Assembly (NCBI GenBank): GCA_951406725.2
Contig: OX597828.1
Location: forward strand, 23,808,001 to 23,872,000
Direction: 5' to 3'
DNA length: 64,000 nucleotides
DNA from: Octopus vulgaris
Taxonomy: Eukaryota
Part shown: piece by piece, positions 15,277-29,789 of the stretch
Layout: every line of letters starts with the position of its first letter
How positions within the stretch are numbered: position 1 is the first letter of the stretch
Program-made: the position numbers and the translations under genes
The notes under the pieces: generated by a model
What the model was told of the DNA's origin: nothing
Seen by the model: only the letters and a program-made list of their open reading frames with translations
The model's database searches: none

Positions 15277-16004
15277 ATATATCTGCTATATATATATATA
15301 TAGTAGATATTTACTGGATCTCATTGCGCTTAATATTGAGACTCCGCAAATGCTTGACAATTGGTGATTGTTCGTCTATTCTTTCATGGCTTTGGCTAAG
15401 GAGACCCGCAGAATAAATACTAAATTTACGAAGAGCCCTTTCAAGGTGCTGCTACAGTATGGTCAAAGGCCTATGATTACAGAAGTAAACGACAAAAATA
15501 AATCGGAGTATTGCCATCACAAAAACATATGTTCTTCGATAATAGTTTTGCGCATCGGACAATTTTTTTAACAATCTCATATAAGGTCGACGACCAATGT
15601 AATCTTAATAATTAAAGCAAACTCTTGTCAACTTTTGACACGCTTCGGTGTACTTCCACCGTGTCAGTGACCAGTTCACATCAGCGTACAATCTCAGGTA
15701 TTGATGAAACAATCAAAGAGAACACATGAAATTTTAAGCGTGAGTAAAATGAAAAATTGAATATTTATAAGGAAAAATGGTAGACACATAATTATTTCCA
15801 AATACTGTCTACATGAAAAAGAATAGTAAAGGGAGCGTTAGAATAGTTAACTAGCTAATTAGAAATAAATTTTTGTGTGTTTTTATTTTATCATTTTCTG
15901 GAATTTTTTAGTGATTACAGAATATAGTAATATAATTTTGTTGATTGGCTCGAATATATCAAACGCTTACACGAGATTGGATATATATACATATAAATAC
16001 ATAT

Positions 16005-16081
<77 letters not shown>

Positions 16082-16150
16082 CATATACATATCTATATAT
16101 ACATTTATATATATATACATTTATATATGTACATATACATATATATATAC

Positions 16151-16215
<65 letters not shown>

Positions 16216-17540
16216 TATACATATATATACATATATATATGTGCGTGTGTGTGAGTATACATAATACATATATACGTATGTATGTATACATACACATATA
16301 TATATATATAATATACTCCTATATGTGTGTTAGTATGTTTGCAAGTATCTACATAATGAGAATTGTCTAACTGACTGTGATAGTAGCATCTTGCATGATA
16401 TAACCTTTATTGCACACCACGCAAATCTGATATACCATGAGCTTACGCAAATACAAGACAGTGATGCTGTGGTCCTCATCCATTCCACAAAACAAAGTTT
16501 CAAAACCAAGAACCAGTATAATTATTTCTGCAAGAATTTTTAAGAACCAAAACGTCTCGTCGTTAAAAGGAAAATGTTGCTTCTTTTAAATGTAAATCGT
16601 GTATGGTTTTTCATTTATATCTCATTCTTTTTTTTGTGTTTTAATTTTGTCTAAATTAGTATTTCTCGCATTCCATAATTCGTTCTTATTGATTTATATT
16701 CGTTTTCTATTATTTGTATATGCTTGCGTGTTTCTTGCTTTCGTTTTACCATTTTCGTATTCTAAGAATGGTTGATCATTGTTGGAATTTTTATTTGTTT
16801 TAGTAGCAGGATTTACGTGAAAAGAAAAGATTTGGCGGAGCCAGATGCGTAGTCAATTATGAAACATATATATATATATATATATGGTGTCAGTTTGACT
16901 TATTCATGCCTAAATAAAAGCACGAAGCATTAAAACTTTTAAGTAGATGAAAATTATTATATATTTATAAAAGAAAATCAGATCATAGATTAAAACCGAA
17001 AATAACGTTTTATGATATTCAGCATTATATTTTACGCGCATTAACAAACACATTTAATTTTTTTTTACTCTCTCGAAACTAAATTATATTTAAACCAGCA
17101 AATGAGGGATCCTCTAACTATTCACTGATAGTCATGGAACTATTAACAAAAAAGCACATAAAACGAAAAAAAATCCAAATATTTTCCTTCTATTCATTCG
17201 CTGCATTTATAATACTTATGTTTTGGATACTGCAAAAAATTACATATATAATGCTTCCCAATCTCCATTATAGGTTAACATGTAAACGAGAAAGTATTGT
17301 TTAAGTTATAATATAAAATGTACAATGTAACAATATTAATCCGATTCTTTAGCACCATGGATAAGAATGGACTAAAACGATTCTGATTTTTTTTTAAATG
17401 TTACACATAGAACGCGGAATCTGAGTTCTTTACATGTGCGACGCCATTTTCTAATACATACCCTGCACCTGTCTGTGCGTCTCCCCCTCACTCGCTCTCT
17501 TCATATATACATATATATATAAAAATATATATATATACAT

Positions 17541-17826
17541 CCGTGACCGAGGGAAAATATTGATGTCCTTTAGCAACATTGTGCGCACTAAGGACAACTT
17601 ACCGTTTGAATTTGCGGCTCCGTTGGTGGCTAAAGAACCCTGCTCTGGACAAGAATACACCACAGCAAATATTACAAGCCAAGCCTTCCCCATTTACTAC
17701 GCTACCAGAGCGCCTTCGAGCAATACGCTTAAATACTTCATGAGGATTAAAGATGTTGACCCCCCTCCTTAACCTGCTTCCTCCATCTGTGGCGATGAGA
17801 GGCATTGCTCTCCCAGTCGTTATGCA
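17541..17826 (-). mobile_element. RTE-like LINE 3' end with C-terminal C2H2-like finger
   Basis: Minus frames give DWESNASHRHRWRKQVKEG, then LACNICCGVFLSRAGFFSHQRS. 3' end ...ctcggtcacggatg runs into (TA)n. Confidence 0.75.
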
Positions 17827-17862
17827 GAGGAGACCGACTGGAAGAGCGATGCCTGCCATCGC

Positions 17863-17942
<80 letters not shown>

Positions 17943-18029
17943 ACATGCATGAGTACATAGATACATGTAAGTGTATACATATATAAAAGGAGAAGTTTGA
18001 TTATGTATACGAAGTTTTGTTATACGAGT

Positions 18030-18530
18030 TTCGTTATCTGGAAAGCTATAACATCCAAGTCACTGTCACCTTTGGATCGTCTTGAAGATCCCGTCTTGTT
18101 ATCACATGTCCGAAGTACCGAAACTGTGACCGCTCAATGTGGAGAAGTAGCGACTCGACATGGAAGGTGTCCTTCGTTCTTGATCTCCGAGTTATACACA
18201 CTGTCGCGTAACATCACTCCAGAAACCCTTCAGGCGAACCCCATTTCGGTCGCGTGTATTCGCGATTGTACTCTCTGTCATTTCCTAACATTTATACAAC
18301 TGTTGAGGATATCCCTGAAAACCTAATTGAAGTAGCAAAGTGGTGGGGTTTACCAATCTCTCCTTTTCTGAAGATGGAATGCTGGAGTTGGCAAATTCTG
18401 TGCCAGTACCAGCATTTAGTGTCCAATAAAACTTCCTGCCTCCAATCGTTCTTGAACACAGCCCCGAGATTCTTGATATTCAGTAATCTCATAATACACC
18501 CATCATCTTAGTGAACGTAAAGATGGATTA
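18030..18530 (-). mobile_element. Decayed RTE-clade ORF2 fragment
   Basis: Minus-strand pieces KNLGAVFKNDWRQEVLLD and VESLLLHIERSQFRYFGHV, with frameshifts and stops. Confidence 0.7.
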
Positions 18531-20149
18531 GATAATTTCTAGATTAAGATAGAGTTTGGACAAATATGGTGAGACGGTCACGGTTGGAATCCTTTTGAAC
18601 TCAGCATTATTTCATATATTTTCTATCATTTAGTTTCTTTCATCATTTTTTGTTTAAAGTTATTCGATCAGCACTTTAAATCAATCAGGGCAGAATTGGT
18701 GATAAAATAAATAAAAAAAATAATAATCTCATGTATTAAATTACTCTTTTTGACCAAAACTATTACACGCTAAAAAATAAATTTAAAACAAAATGGCGTT
18801 CCAAAACATGAAAAGCATTCGAATTCAGCTTCCGGAACAAAAAAGAGTGAGAAAAATATCTCACCAGTTTTTAATTTTCCGTTTCATTAATTTATGCATT
18901 TTCTTATTTCTTGTTGTCTTTAGCTATTTTTATTATAGTTCTTCATTTGTTGTATTTGTTTTTAATTTTACCTGTTGCTTTTTTTGTTGTTCTGTTTATG
19001 TAATTCTTTTCTTTTGTTTTTCTTGTTGTTTTTGTATCATAATATTGAATTTATTTTATTGTACTATTTTTCATGTAGCGTAAAAGTTATTAATTTAAGT
19101 GAACGTTATTATGGATCGTTCTATAGCTGTTACCCGATGCATTAGCAACGAGATTACTTTATTTCGGCTTCAGCTGGGAATTATACGTAACAGGGTCGCC
19201 TTGACCAATAACAGTAGCTTACCTCAGCTAGCGATCCTATAACTGAGATACGATGCCCTCCACATTGAATCATCATTATACAGCTGCCTCACTGAAAACA
19301 CTGTAAAAGCAATAAAAAATAATAATATGGATAGGATTTATCTCTAATGAAAATTTGGTGAGATATTCATGCAGTTATTAATGTAGACAAAGATTGAGTC
19401 CGTAGACAATTCCAGATTCACAAATTTAAAAATTTAAGTTCTAGTATTCATGATTAAACATAGATAAAAAAAGAATACTTTCTATCTCCCATCACATTTT
19501 ACTGGAATATCTCGTAAACTAACCTGTGCCCATAGCTTTAATGGGTTTTAAGTCCATAATAGCATATAATGATAGCGCACGGAGGTAATCCTGGTGAAGT
19601 GCTAGATACGAAGCCAGCGTTGGGTAAAATATATGAGCAGAGAGAGCACAGGAGTATAACAGAAACTGGACTGGTCTTGCCAGTCAGTGATCTGACTATT
19701 CTTTTTTGGAAACTATCCTAGTTATATGTCTGTATATTGCAGTAACACCAGCCAAGGTTTGGGAACATTAGAGGTTTGTAGGGGTTACCGGGCATTTTTG
19801 GTAGATTAGTGGCTACGATGATGAAGTATTATTGTTGTCCTGAATGTTCGACGTTTTGATGAAATGATAGATACACTGAGACCATACATTCGCTTGGATA
19901 CAATATCTACACTCGCAAGTTGTGTAGACGTACTAGCTACAAGTAAAACAACATAGGGACGTTGAATTTAAGACATTCGTGGTATATCGGAAGATTTAAA
20001 TTCATACATTAGAGAAATACGTTTGGAAAACCAAAAAAGATAGACAAATAAAACTAAAGAATTGTACAGAGAACGTTCAGTAAGAAGCGAAGCGCAAATA
20101 TTTGAACACCAACTATTCTGCCTGCCGGCCACCGTAATGGTACTAATAA

Positions 20150-21018
20150 TAAATGATTTCAAATTTTGCTGCAAGGGCAGCCATTATGGGGGGAGGGGAT
20201 ATATCGATTACATCGACTCGAGTGTTTCATGGATACTTGATTTACCGACTCCGAAAGGATGAAAAGCAAAGTCGACCCAGGAGGGATTTCGATTCAGAAC
20301 GTAGCGGCCGATGAAATACCGCTAAGCATCTCGCCCGGCATGCTAAAGGTTCTGCCAGGCAAACAGCGTAATAATAATATCAATGATAATTATAATCTGT
20401 TTTACTATACGCACAAAGCCTGAAATTTGGAGGAAGGGATAGACGATTAATCCCAGTCCTTCACTAGTACCTCATTTAACGATCCCGCAAAGATCACAGG
20501 CAAAGTCGACCTCGGCGGAATTTGAACCCAGAAAAAGAAGACAGGCAAAATACCGCTAATCATTTCGTCCAGCGTTCTAATGATTCTGCTAGCTCGCCAA
20601 TTTAATAACAATAGTAATAATAATAATTCTTTCTACTATAGGCACAAGGCTTGAAATCTATGGGAGGGGAATAGTCAACTACATCGACCACAGTGTTTCT
20701 CTGGTACTTAGTTTATCGAATCCGCAAAAGATGAACTGCTAAGTCGACCTCGGAGGAATTTGAACGTAGAACGTAGAGAGACGAAATACCTATTTATTTA
20801 CTACCCACAAGGGGCAAACAAGGACAAACAAGGACACACAAACGGATTAAGTCGATTATATCGACCCCAGTGCGTAACTGGTACTTAATTTATTGACCTC
20901 GAAAGGATGAAAGGCAAAGTCGACCTCGGTGGAATTTGAACTCAGAAGGTAACGGCAGACGAAATACCGCTAAGCATTTCGCCCGGCATAATAATGATTC
21001 TGCCAGCTCCCCTTCTTA
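20150..21018 (-). mobile_element. Head-to-tail cluster of four family-D SINE copies separated by short TAA tracts
   Basis: The aaagtcgacctcggcggaatttgaac motif recurs at ~20268, ~20502, ~20741 and ~20916. Confidence 0.85.
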
Positions 21019-21045
21019 ATAAAATAATGACAATAATAATAATCC

Positions 21046-21102
<57 letters not shown>

Positions 21103-21453
21103 TAATAATAATAACAATAATGATGATATATATATCCTAGAGGTTATTTGATTATTGGTAATAATCTAATAACCTGTGTCCTACAGGTTATTAAATTATT
21201 AGTCCTGTGTGTACATATAAGAGTGGGATGAATAAATACATTATGAGGCAATATATCTCCAAATGAATCCGACAAAAATGTAACAGTGTTCAGCTGAGAA
21301 ATAAAATTGTTTTCAGGAGAAATAATTTGCTGAGGTTTTAAAAATTATTACATTAGGAGGTTTCTACTTTTTTCAAAGCAACTGTTAATTTATTTATTAT
21401 TAAATTTTAAAGGAGGGGAAAAAACACTCCTGCAAAATCAAGCAAAATGTATG

Positions 21454-21527
<74 letters not shown>

Positions 21528-22353
21528 TAATATAAATATAAATATATACATATATACATATGTGTTTGTATGTGTGTATGCATATATGTATGTGTATATA
21601 TGTATATATATATATATATATATACATACACACATACACAAACACATATATATATACATACATACCTGTGTATGTATGCTTGTAAGGATGGATAGATGGA
21701 ATGAAGACAAAGAATATAATGAGATGCCCAGAGAGAATATATGATATTACAAAATTTCGTTTTTATTAATCTCATAGTATGAAATTCATATTGCAAAATA
21801 TAGCAGTAATAATATATACACACGTAGAAATGTATCTATATGTGTGTGTATATATGTGTGTACACACATATATGTATAGTAGGGGACTTGCTAACTATAT
21901 TTTGGATATTCTTTTTATTAAACATATGATTGTGTGTATGTAGGTATAGAATGACTAAGACGTACAAATAGAGCAAAAAGCTAATAGATAGTAGATATAT
22001 AGATAAATTCAGAGATGGATTATATCAATTATAAGTTCGTTTTATTGTATCAAAATGTTACACTGGGGCACATATTTTGTTATCCTATTGTATTAGTAAT
22101 TATTCATAATTTCATTACAGTATTAATATAGTTATTACAACGTAATAGATTTGGAGAGTATCTTGTGGGAGAAAGCAATTTTGTAAAAAAAAATTAGTTA
22201 TATCTCTTTAAATTCTAAATTGAAATCTCACACTGAAATTCTTTGTAAATTATCCTCTCAGGAATGGCATTGCTAGATTATATATGAGGCAAATGTCATG
22301 CTTCTACGAAGTTGCATAACCCTTTCCTGTTTATTACGCCGTTAATAAATTTT

Positions 22354-22415
<62 letters not shown>

Positions 22416-22530
22416 GAAAGCATTCTACTAGCAATAATTAATAACATCGTTCTTAGTCTAATAATTTTTTGTAAATTTATTAAATTATATTATAAATTCT
22501 TATAATTTTTTTCGTTTGTTGTCGTTTCAG

Positions 22531-23315
22531 AGTGTGCCATAAAAGTTTTTGGCAAGCCTGTCCATCAACGCTACACTAACCATAGCTGGGGGGCATGGAT
22601 GCGGGACGCGACCCTTCATCGTCAGAGGTACTGGTACACTCCAGAGTATTACGGGAACTTGATTTACGAGTACAAAGACCGCAACCATTACAAAAACAAT
22701 ATTGCGGATCACATATACGATATGGGTGAGCATTATTATCAAGGTGTTGGGCATTTGATATATCGACGCTCCTTCTACTTCCATTTAGCTCACACCTCCA
22801 AAGTGGCCCGATATTCACTTGCTGAACAGAAAGTTGTTACATCTAGCAAAAATATGCCCAAAGCAATTAGCACAGGTGAACGTTCCTTGTATTCATTTCA
22901 ATACAACTACTTTGATTTTGCTGTTGATGAAAATGGAATTTGGGTTTTGTACGGTAAGAATTCGTCCGAAGAGACATTGATAGTGGTTAAACTAGACGGT
23001 GACACTTTACAAATACTTAAAAAATGGGAGCTTCCGATCAAACACCGATCTTACGGAAACGCCTTCATCGTGTGTGGAGTATTGTATTTAGTGCAAAGTG
23101 TATCAAAACCGAAAACTAAAGTAGAGATAGTTTACGATTTGTATGCTGATGTGAAACTCTGTAAGGTATTGGATTTCTCCAACCCTTTCGGACATAACTA
23201 TATGATAGCGTTCTACCACAAAAAGATTTATGGATATGACAACGGCAATGAAATAACGTATCCTGTATTGATGTATGATCGCAAAGAACTTGAAACCCTA
23301 ATGAAAAGTTGTTAG
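22531..23315 (+). CDS. Terminal exon encoding a complete olfactomedin (OLF) beta-propeller domain; gliomedin/colmedin-like protein
   Basis: Acceptor tttcgtttgttgtcgtttcAG at 22529-22530. Frame from 22533: CAIKVFGKPV...WGAWMRD...GVGHLIY...YFDFAVDENGIWVLY...GNAFIVCGVLY...YGYDNGNEITY, stop TAG at 23313-23315. These are hallmark OLF motifs. The ORF-track Met at 22599 is internal. Confidence 0.93.
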
Positions 23316-23640
23316 TGTAATTGTTAATCATTTTTTGGTTGTTGTTTATTTTCAAACTAACTTGTCTATATCATAAGTAAGCTTGTGAGTATGCACGTAC
23401 TTAAAGATGGATGAAGACATATATGAACGTATGTACTTATGTACATATATATTACGTATGTACATATGTACGAGTAATATATGTACGTATGCATGTATAT
23501 ATGTTATCAATATATGTGCATATACCAATAATGTATATATGCTGTAGAAATAAATGGATGTATGTAAGTATTAGATTACTGGTATCGGTTTTCAATTAAT
23601 AAGAGGCTTCTTGGTATCGAGGAGTGCAGATAGGAATTGA

Positions 23641-23656
23641 AATAAAAAAAAATAAA
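23641..23656 (+). promoter_or_regulatory. Candidate polyadenylation signals (two AATAAA)
   Basis: AATAAA at 23641 and 23651 (also 23549), ~330 nt after the stop. The AT-rich background makes this weak. Confidence 0.3.
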
Positions 23657-23766
23657 CATGATAAAATTATAGTAATACTGACGACAATGATAATTGCTAA
23701 TATGATATGAAATACAATAACAATTAAATGAATATATAACCTGGAAGAAAATAATGTCATATATGA

Positions 23767-23867
<101 letters not shown>

Positions 23868-24086
23868 TATACATATATATATATATGTATATGTATATAT
23901 ATATATGCATACATATATACATAAATATATATATATTGATTTATATATATATATATACTTATATATATATATATATATAAATCAATAGTTGATAATAAAT
24001 ATTAAATATGTTACAATAAATGTGGCATAATTTGGTTGAATGCTTTTTATACGTAGGCAGGCTATACAGTATTGAAATCTAAGCGG

Positions 24087-24136
<50 letters not shown>

Positions 24137-24541
24137 TATGTATCAATTTATAGACCTAGGGACCAGTTTTCATTGAAGGCATGATTGTATGTTTCTGACT
24201 TTAAATCTTTTTATTAGAGGTTTTTCGTATTTCCCAATTACTCCTGTATGTTTAATTTGGCACAAAGCAATTCCTAAGCCTTTTCTATTTTCAAAAGGTT
24301 CTAAACTTTATCTTCTGAATGATAACTTGATACCTATTATATAACGCTGCAACGGCGTACGAGTACCGTCATGTTCCTCGCTTAAGATGACGACACTCGT
24401 ACCACGAAGATATTGAAACACAAATTCCTTAGGGACGTTATTGACCCAAACAAATGATAAATGACTAACCAGGAAATATGAAAAATAATTTAATAATAAA
24501 TATCAAATTCTAACATAGCTGTCTTCAATCGTATACATATG

Positions 24542-24598
<57 letters not shown>

Positions 24599-24617
24599 GT
24601 ACGTATGCATGTATGTA

Positions 24618-24667
<50 letters not shown>

Positions 24668-25173
24668 TATATATATGTACGTATGCATGTATGTATATAT
24701 GTATATATATTCATGCATACATATATATACACATACATTTACATATATTTATATATATATGTATATATTAATATATATATATATGAATATAAATATGTGT
24801 GTATATACATATATTTATATATATATATATATATATATATACATACACACAAAACCTGTGTCAGTGTGTGCATTTGTTTCTACGTATATATGTTTGTAAA
24901 CTAATATATTTATGTTCGTTTACATATGCATGTGTATATATATATATGTATGTATATGTGTAGACCTATAAATAATATATATATATATTTACATATATAT
25001 AACTTTACACCGTATAAAATGTGTATACATGTATATATTACAAATATGTGTATGTTTACAAATTCACACATATATATAAATATGTATATACATGTATATG
25101 TACGTATTCATATACATATGTATATACATATATTTGTTTATATATATATATACATATATACATGTGTATTATA

Positions 25174-25282
<109 letters not shown>

Positions 25283-25920
25283 TATTCTGTAACATAAATA
25301 TAACATAACTTACGTAACTTTTATCCCATAGTAAAAAAAAAATTATCAAGCATTTTCTAAAATATTACAGAACGTAGAGTATCCCCTGCCCCACTCTCAA
25401 TCTAAAATCATACAAAAAAAACAAGCAAAACTTATAGCTCCCCTATAAAAAAGAACAAAACTCGTTGGCCATGTTTTTTCATTATTTTTTTTCAAGTAAG
25501 TCTTCATGGCGGTGCTCCAGCATGGACACAGTCACATGGCTGTAATCTGTAAAAGAGTATATGAGTATATAATTTTTTTTTCCTCCCAGCGATATACATT
25601 TATGTTTGCTGTTTTAATTATCTTCGTATTATAATATATATTTTCAATATTTCGCGATTTAATAAGAATCTTCCATAAAAAAGAGAGTAAGAAAATAAAA
25701 ATTGTTAAAAAAATTAATAAATGTATGTTGCGCGAATAATGACTTTCGTTGTGTGTTCAAATTTATTTTTGAATTATTTTTATGATTATATATTTGTAAT
25801 GTTGTCAATTTTTCACGCATCCTTGGACAATTTACACAAAGGTATTTTACGAAAATACATATTCGTAATCTAACACACTAAACATTCGCTATAAAAATTT
25901 GCATATTTGTCTGTCCGCAA

Positions 25921-25973
<53 letters not shown>

Positions 25974-26469
25974 CAGAATAAAACAAATTTCATTTATGTT
26001 CTTATTACAGAACCTTGACACGGGTTTCACTTGTGGTATTGAGTATGTCGTGACATCACAGTTTCGTAAGAAGATTGCATAATCACAATGAAATACCAGC
26101 TCTTGAAGGAAATGGCAATTTAATCCATAATTAATTCTCAACTATATTTGTTTGGCAGATCTAAATGATTATTAAAATGTTAATAATTTGAAAGGAATAT
26201 CGGAGAATATATTTGTAATTGGATCTTAGGTATACAAAGAATTCTAAGCGTTGTTAAACTACTTAAGTTTATTATTCAAAGCACGCACACACGCACACAT
26301 GCACATGGATTAATGTACAATACGACTTATACTTAAATATGTCGACATATTACCAGTTTTAGAATTCCGTTTGTGTTCTGGTATATCCAAGAGGAAACTG
26401 TGAGAAGAACTTACATAGCAGTTTTGAATTAGATTTATTTTCTACAGATATGGAGGTCACACAATCGTA

Positions 26470-26792
26470 TCAGGGCAGTTATCTCCCTTGGACAATTACC
26501 TCTCACCCCCAGAACAATTCCACCACCGCCACGACCACAACTACCCCGCTGGTCAATTACCCCCCTCTCCAATATCTCTAGAAGTTTCAACACACGGCTA
26601 TGATGCTCCCCCACTACTTCTGCTCGTGATCAGAGATGCACATATCGTCAGTCTGTAAGGGACATGGTCAACAGGTTAAGATCAAGCCACTGTCAAGCAA
26701 ATCTGTGGTATTGAGCAGAATATTTGTTGTATACCATCTTTTATACCTTGGGTGGGGGAGTTATTGTGCATGGGGGTAATTTCCTAGACTCC
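26470..26792. mobile_element. Small non-autonomous DNA element with ggacaattacc/gggtaatt subterminal repeats, interrupted by an inverted family-E fragment (26590-26748)
   Basis: Repeated caattacc(cc) motifs on the left, gggggtaatt on the right. The inner segment is the reverse complement of ~13120-13280. Confidence 0.45.
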
Positions 26793-26981
26793 AAACAATA
26801 TACTGAAAGTTACAGAAAACAAGATTCAGTGTTTATATGATATCTCTTGTTCGGATATGCGTTTCGTTTACACAATAAATATTTGATATATATTACAGGT
26901 TGATATATATATATATATATATATATATAAGAAATATTGAGTTTCTAAATCTCTCGTAGAGAGGTGTACGGTAGTGGAGCG

Positions 26982-27294
<313 letters not shown>

Positions 27295-27685
27295 ATTTCT
27301 TCAGTTGTTTCGTTTCCTGATTCCAACCCAATCGTTAAAGATATGATTAAGTTGCCGTCCTTAAATCATGAGAAACTTTAGAGATTCCGGTCATCCGAAT
27401 TGATTATTGCGGTCATGTGAATCGATACGCCGTGGTGACTGAGGAACCGACCATTATGTGTCTGTGTGAGTTGTGGATTTGGTATACGGAAACTGAAAGA
27501 AGCCCGTCGTATTTATATATGTGTGTCTGTAGTTGTGTGGATATGTCTGTGTGTGACTCTGTGTGCATTTTGTGTTTGTATGTATGCATTAAGATGCAAA
27601 CAGAAAGCGAAAGGGCGAGAAAAAAAAGAGAGCAGTAGACAAGCAATGAGACAGCCATTTACATCGATCAATGAATAGATAGATG

Positions 27686-27721
<36 letters not shown>

Positions 27722-27759
27722 CACACACAGACAGACAAATAGATAGATAGATCACATAT

Positions 27760-28080
27760 ACAAACAGACAACAGGTCTACCCATGGCATTCAGTCTCTCG
27801 GGCTTACCAGCCACCACCTATATGAAATATCTGGAACGTCGAGCACTCAACATCTGCCGTTTGTGCGCCTTCTTCATCAGGTACGTAGATGACATCCTCA
27901 TACTTACATCCTCCCGTGAAGAGGCAGACGGAATATTCACGACGTTCAACAACATGGACATCAACATACGGTTCACTATAGAACATCATGACACGTGGAT
28001 CCCTATCACTGCTTGAAAATAACGGAAGAAGGAGAAATCCACACCGAATTCTACAGGAAAGTAGCCAATTTGTTCAGTAC
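27760..28080 (+). mobile_element. Penelope-like element RT fragment
   Basis: QTTGLPMAFSLSG...YMKYLE...FIRYVDDILIL...FNNMDINIRFTIEH, then (frameshifted) IHTEFYRK. PLE RT motifs GxPMG, RYVDD, FTxE, YRK. Confidence 0.8.
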
Positions 28081-28367
28081 AGTTATAATGAAAAGACCAC
28101 CACCAACAACAACACCAACACCAACTCCACCAACACCCAACACTAGTAGTAGTAGTAGTAGTAGTAATGATAGTAATAGCAATGATAATTACAAATTTAA
28201 CCATGACACGTTAGCTTGCTTTGAACTGAAGAGTATAAAAATGTTAGTAGCTCTCAGAAGATTAAATAGTTTCCCATTACTTGATTGTAAAAATAATGAC
28301 AAGAACTACAACAACAGAATTAATAATGATATTAATATTGATACTAATAATAACAATAGAAGACTAG

Positions 28368-28498
28368 TCGATTAAATCGACCCCAGTGTTTCACTGGTAC
28401 TCAATACATCGACCCCAAAAGGATGAAAGGATGAAAGGATGAACTACCGCTAAGCATTTCCTCCAGAGCGCTAATGATTCTGTCAGCTCGCCGCCTTA
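28368..28498 (-). mobile_element. Internally deleted family-D SINE
   Basis: gtcgattaaatcgaccccagtg...aaggatgaaagg...cagctcgccgcctt. Confidence 0.7.
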
Positions 28499-28504
28499 AT
28501 AATG

Positions 28505-28586
<82 letters not shown>

Positions 28587-28592
28587 TAATAA

Positions 28593-29164
28593 GTGCTTGA
28601 AAATGATCACATCTCACTCCTCTGGAACTTCAATATTCAAACTGACAGAAAGATAGATGCGAATAGTCCAGACATCATATTGAAAGACTTCAGACAAAGA
28701 ACATGCCTCCTCATTGATATGACTGTCCCAATCAATATAAACGTATCTGTCAAGACCTACCAAAAACTTAGCAGGTATAAAGATCTTGAAAGAGAAATTA
28801 GCAAAATGTGGAACATGAAGACTAAAACAATACATGTTGTCATAGGGAATAATAGCAAAAGAGGCTGATTGCTACCTAGCTCAGATACCAGGAAACCCCA
28901 AAATGGCAGAAATTCAAAAGATAGTGCTCATGGGAACTGCACATATCCTACGCAAAATACTTTCTATGTAATCTCAAGATTTAAAACAAACACATAATTT
29001 TCTTATGGTTTCTTAAACATTCTCTAGAACAACCCTATGTACAAAACCAAATATATGGCACTCTAGGCATAACACCAACATGAACTTCCAACTTGTTGTC
29101 TCTTGATGTCTCTGGGTGAGACTTGGAGCCGTGTACAAATGTAAAGCAAAAGTCAAACATAACG

Positions 29165-29165
<1 letters not shown>
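28593..29165 (+). mobile_element. R4/Dong-clade non-LTR element 3' end (RLE endonuclease plus 3'UTR) in (TAA)n
   Basis: ENDHISLLWNFNIQTDRKIDANSPDIILKD..CLLIDMTVP..KLSRYKDL (PD-(D/E)xK RLE), then IQKIVLMGTAHILRK. (TAA)n on both flanks. Confidence 0.85.
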
Positions 29166-29633
<468 letters not shown>

Positions 29634-29735
29634 CTAGGCATTGGTGTATCCTTATCAACAGAGTAATCATGATTGGTATATCAAGCTTCGTATATTTTAC
29701 CTCAGTGTCACTTTCATGGCATGCACTGCTCTCTC

Positions 29736-29788
<53 letters not shown>

Positions 29789-29789
<1 letters not shown>

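Noticed and set aside
20150-21018. Repeat-spacer-like periodicity (also 12548-13590, 32390-32848)
   Set aside because: Units are long SINE or repeat copies with microsatellite spacers. Not CRISPR; eukaryotic context and no cas genes.
22527-23355. Minus-strand ORFs overlapping the OLF exon
   Set aside because: Antisense shadows of the real exon.
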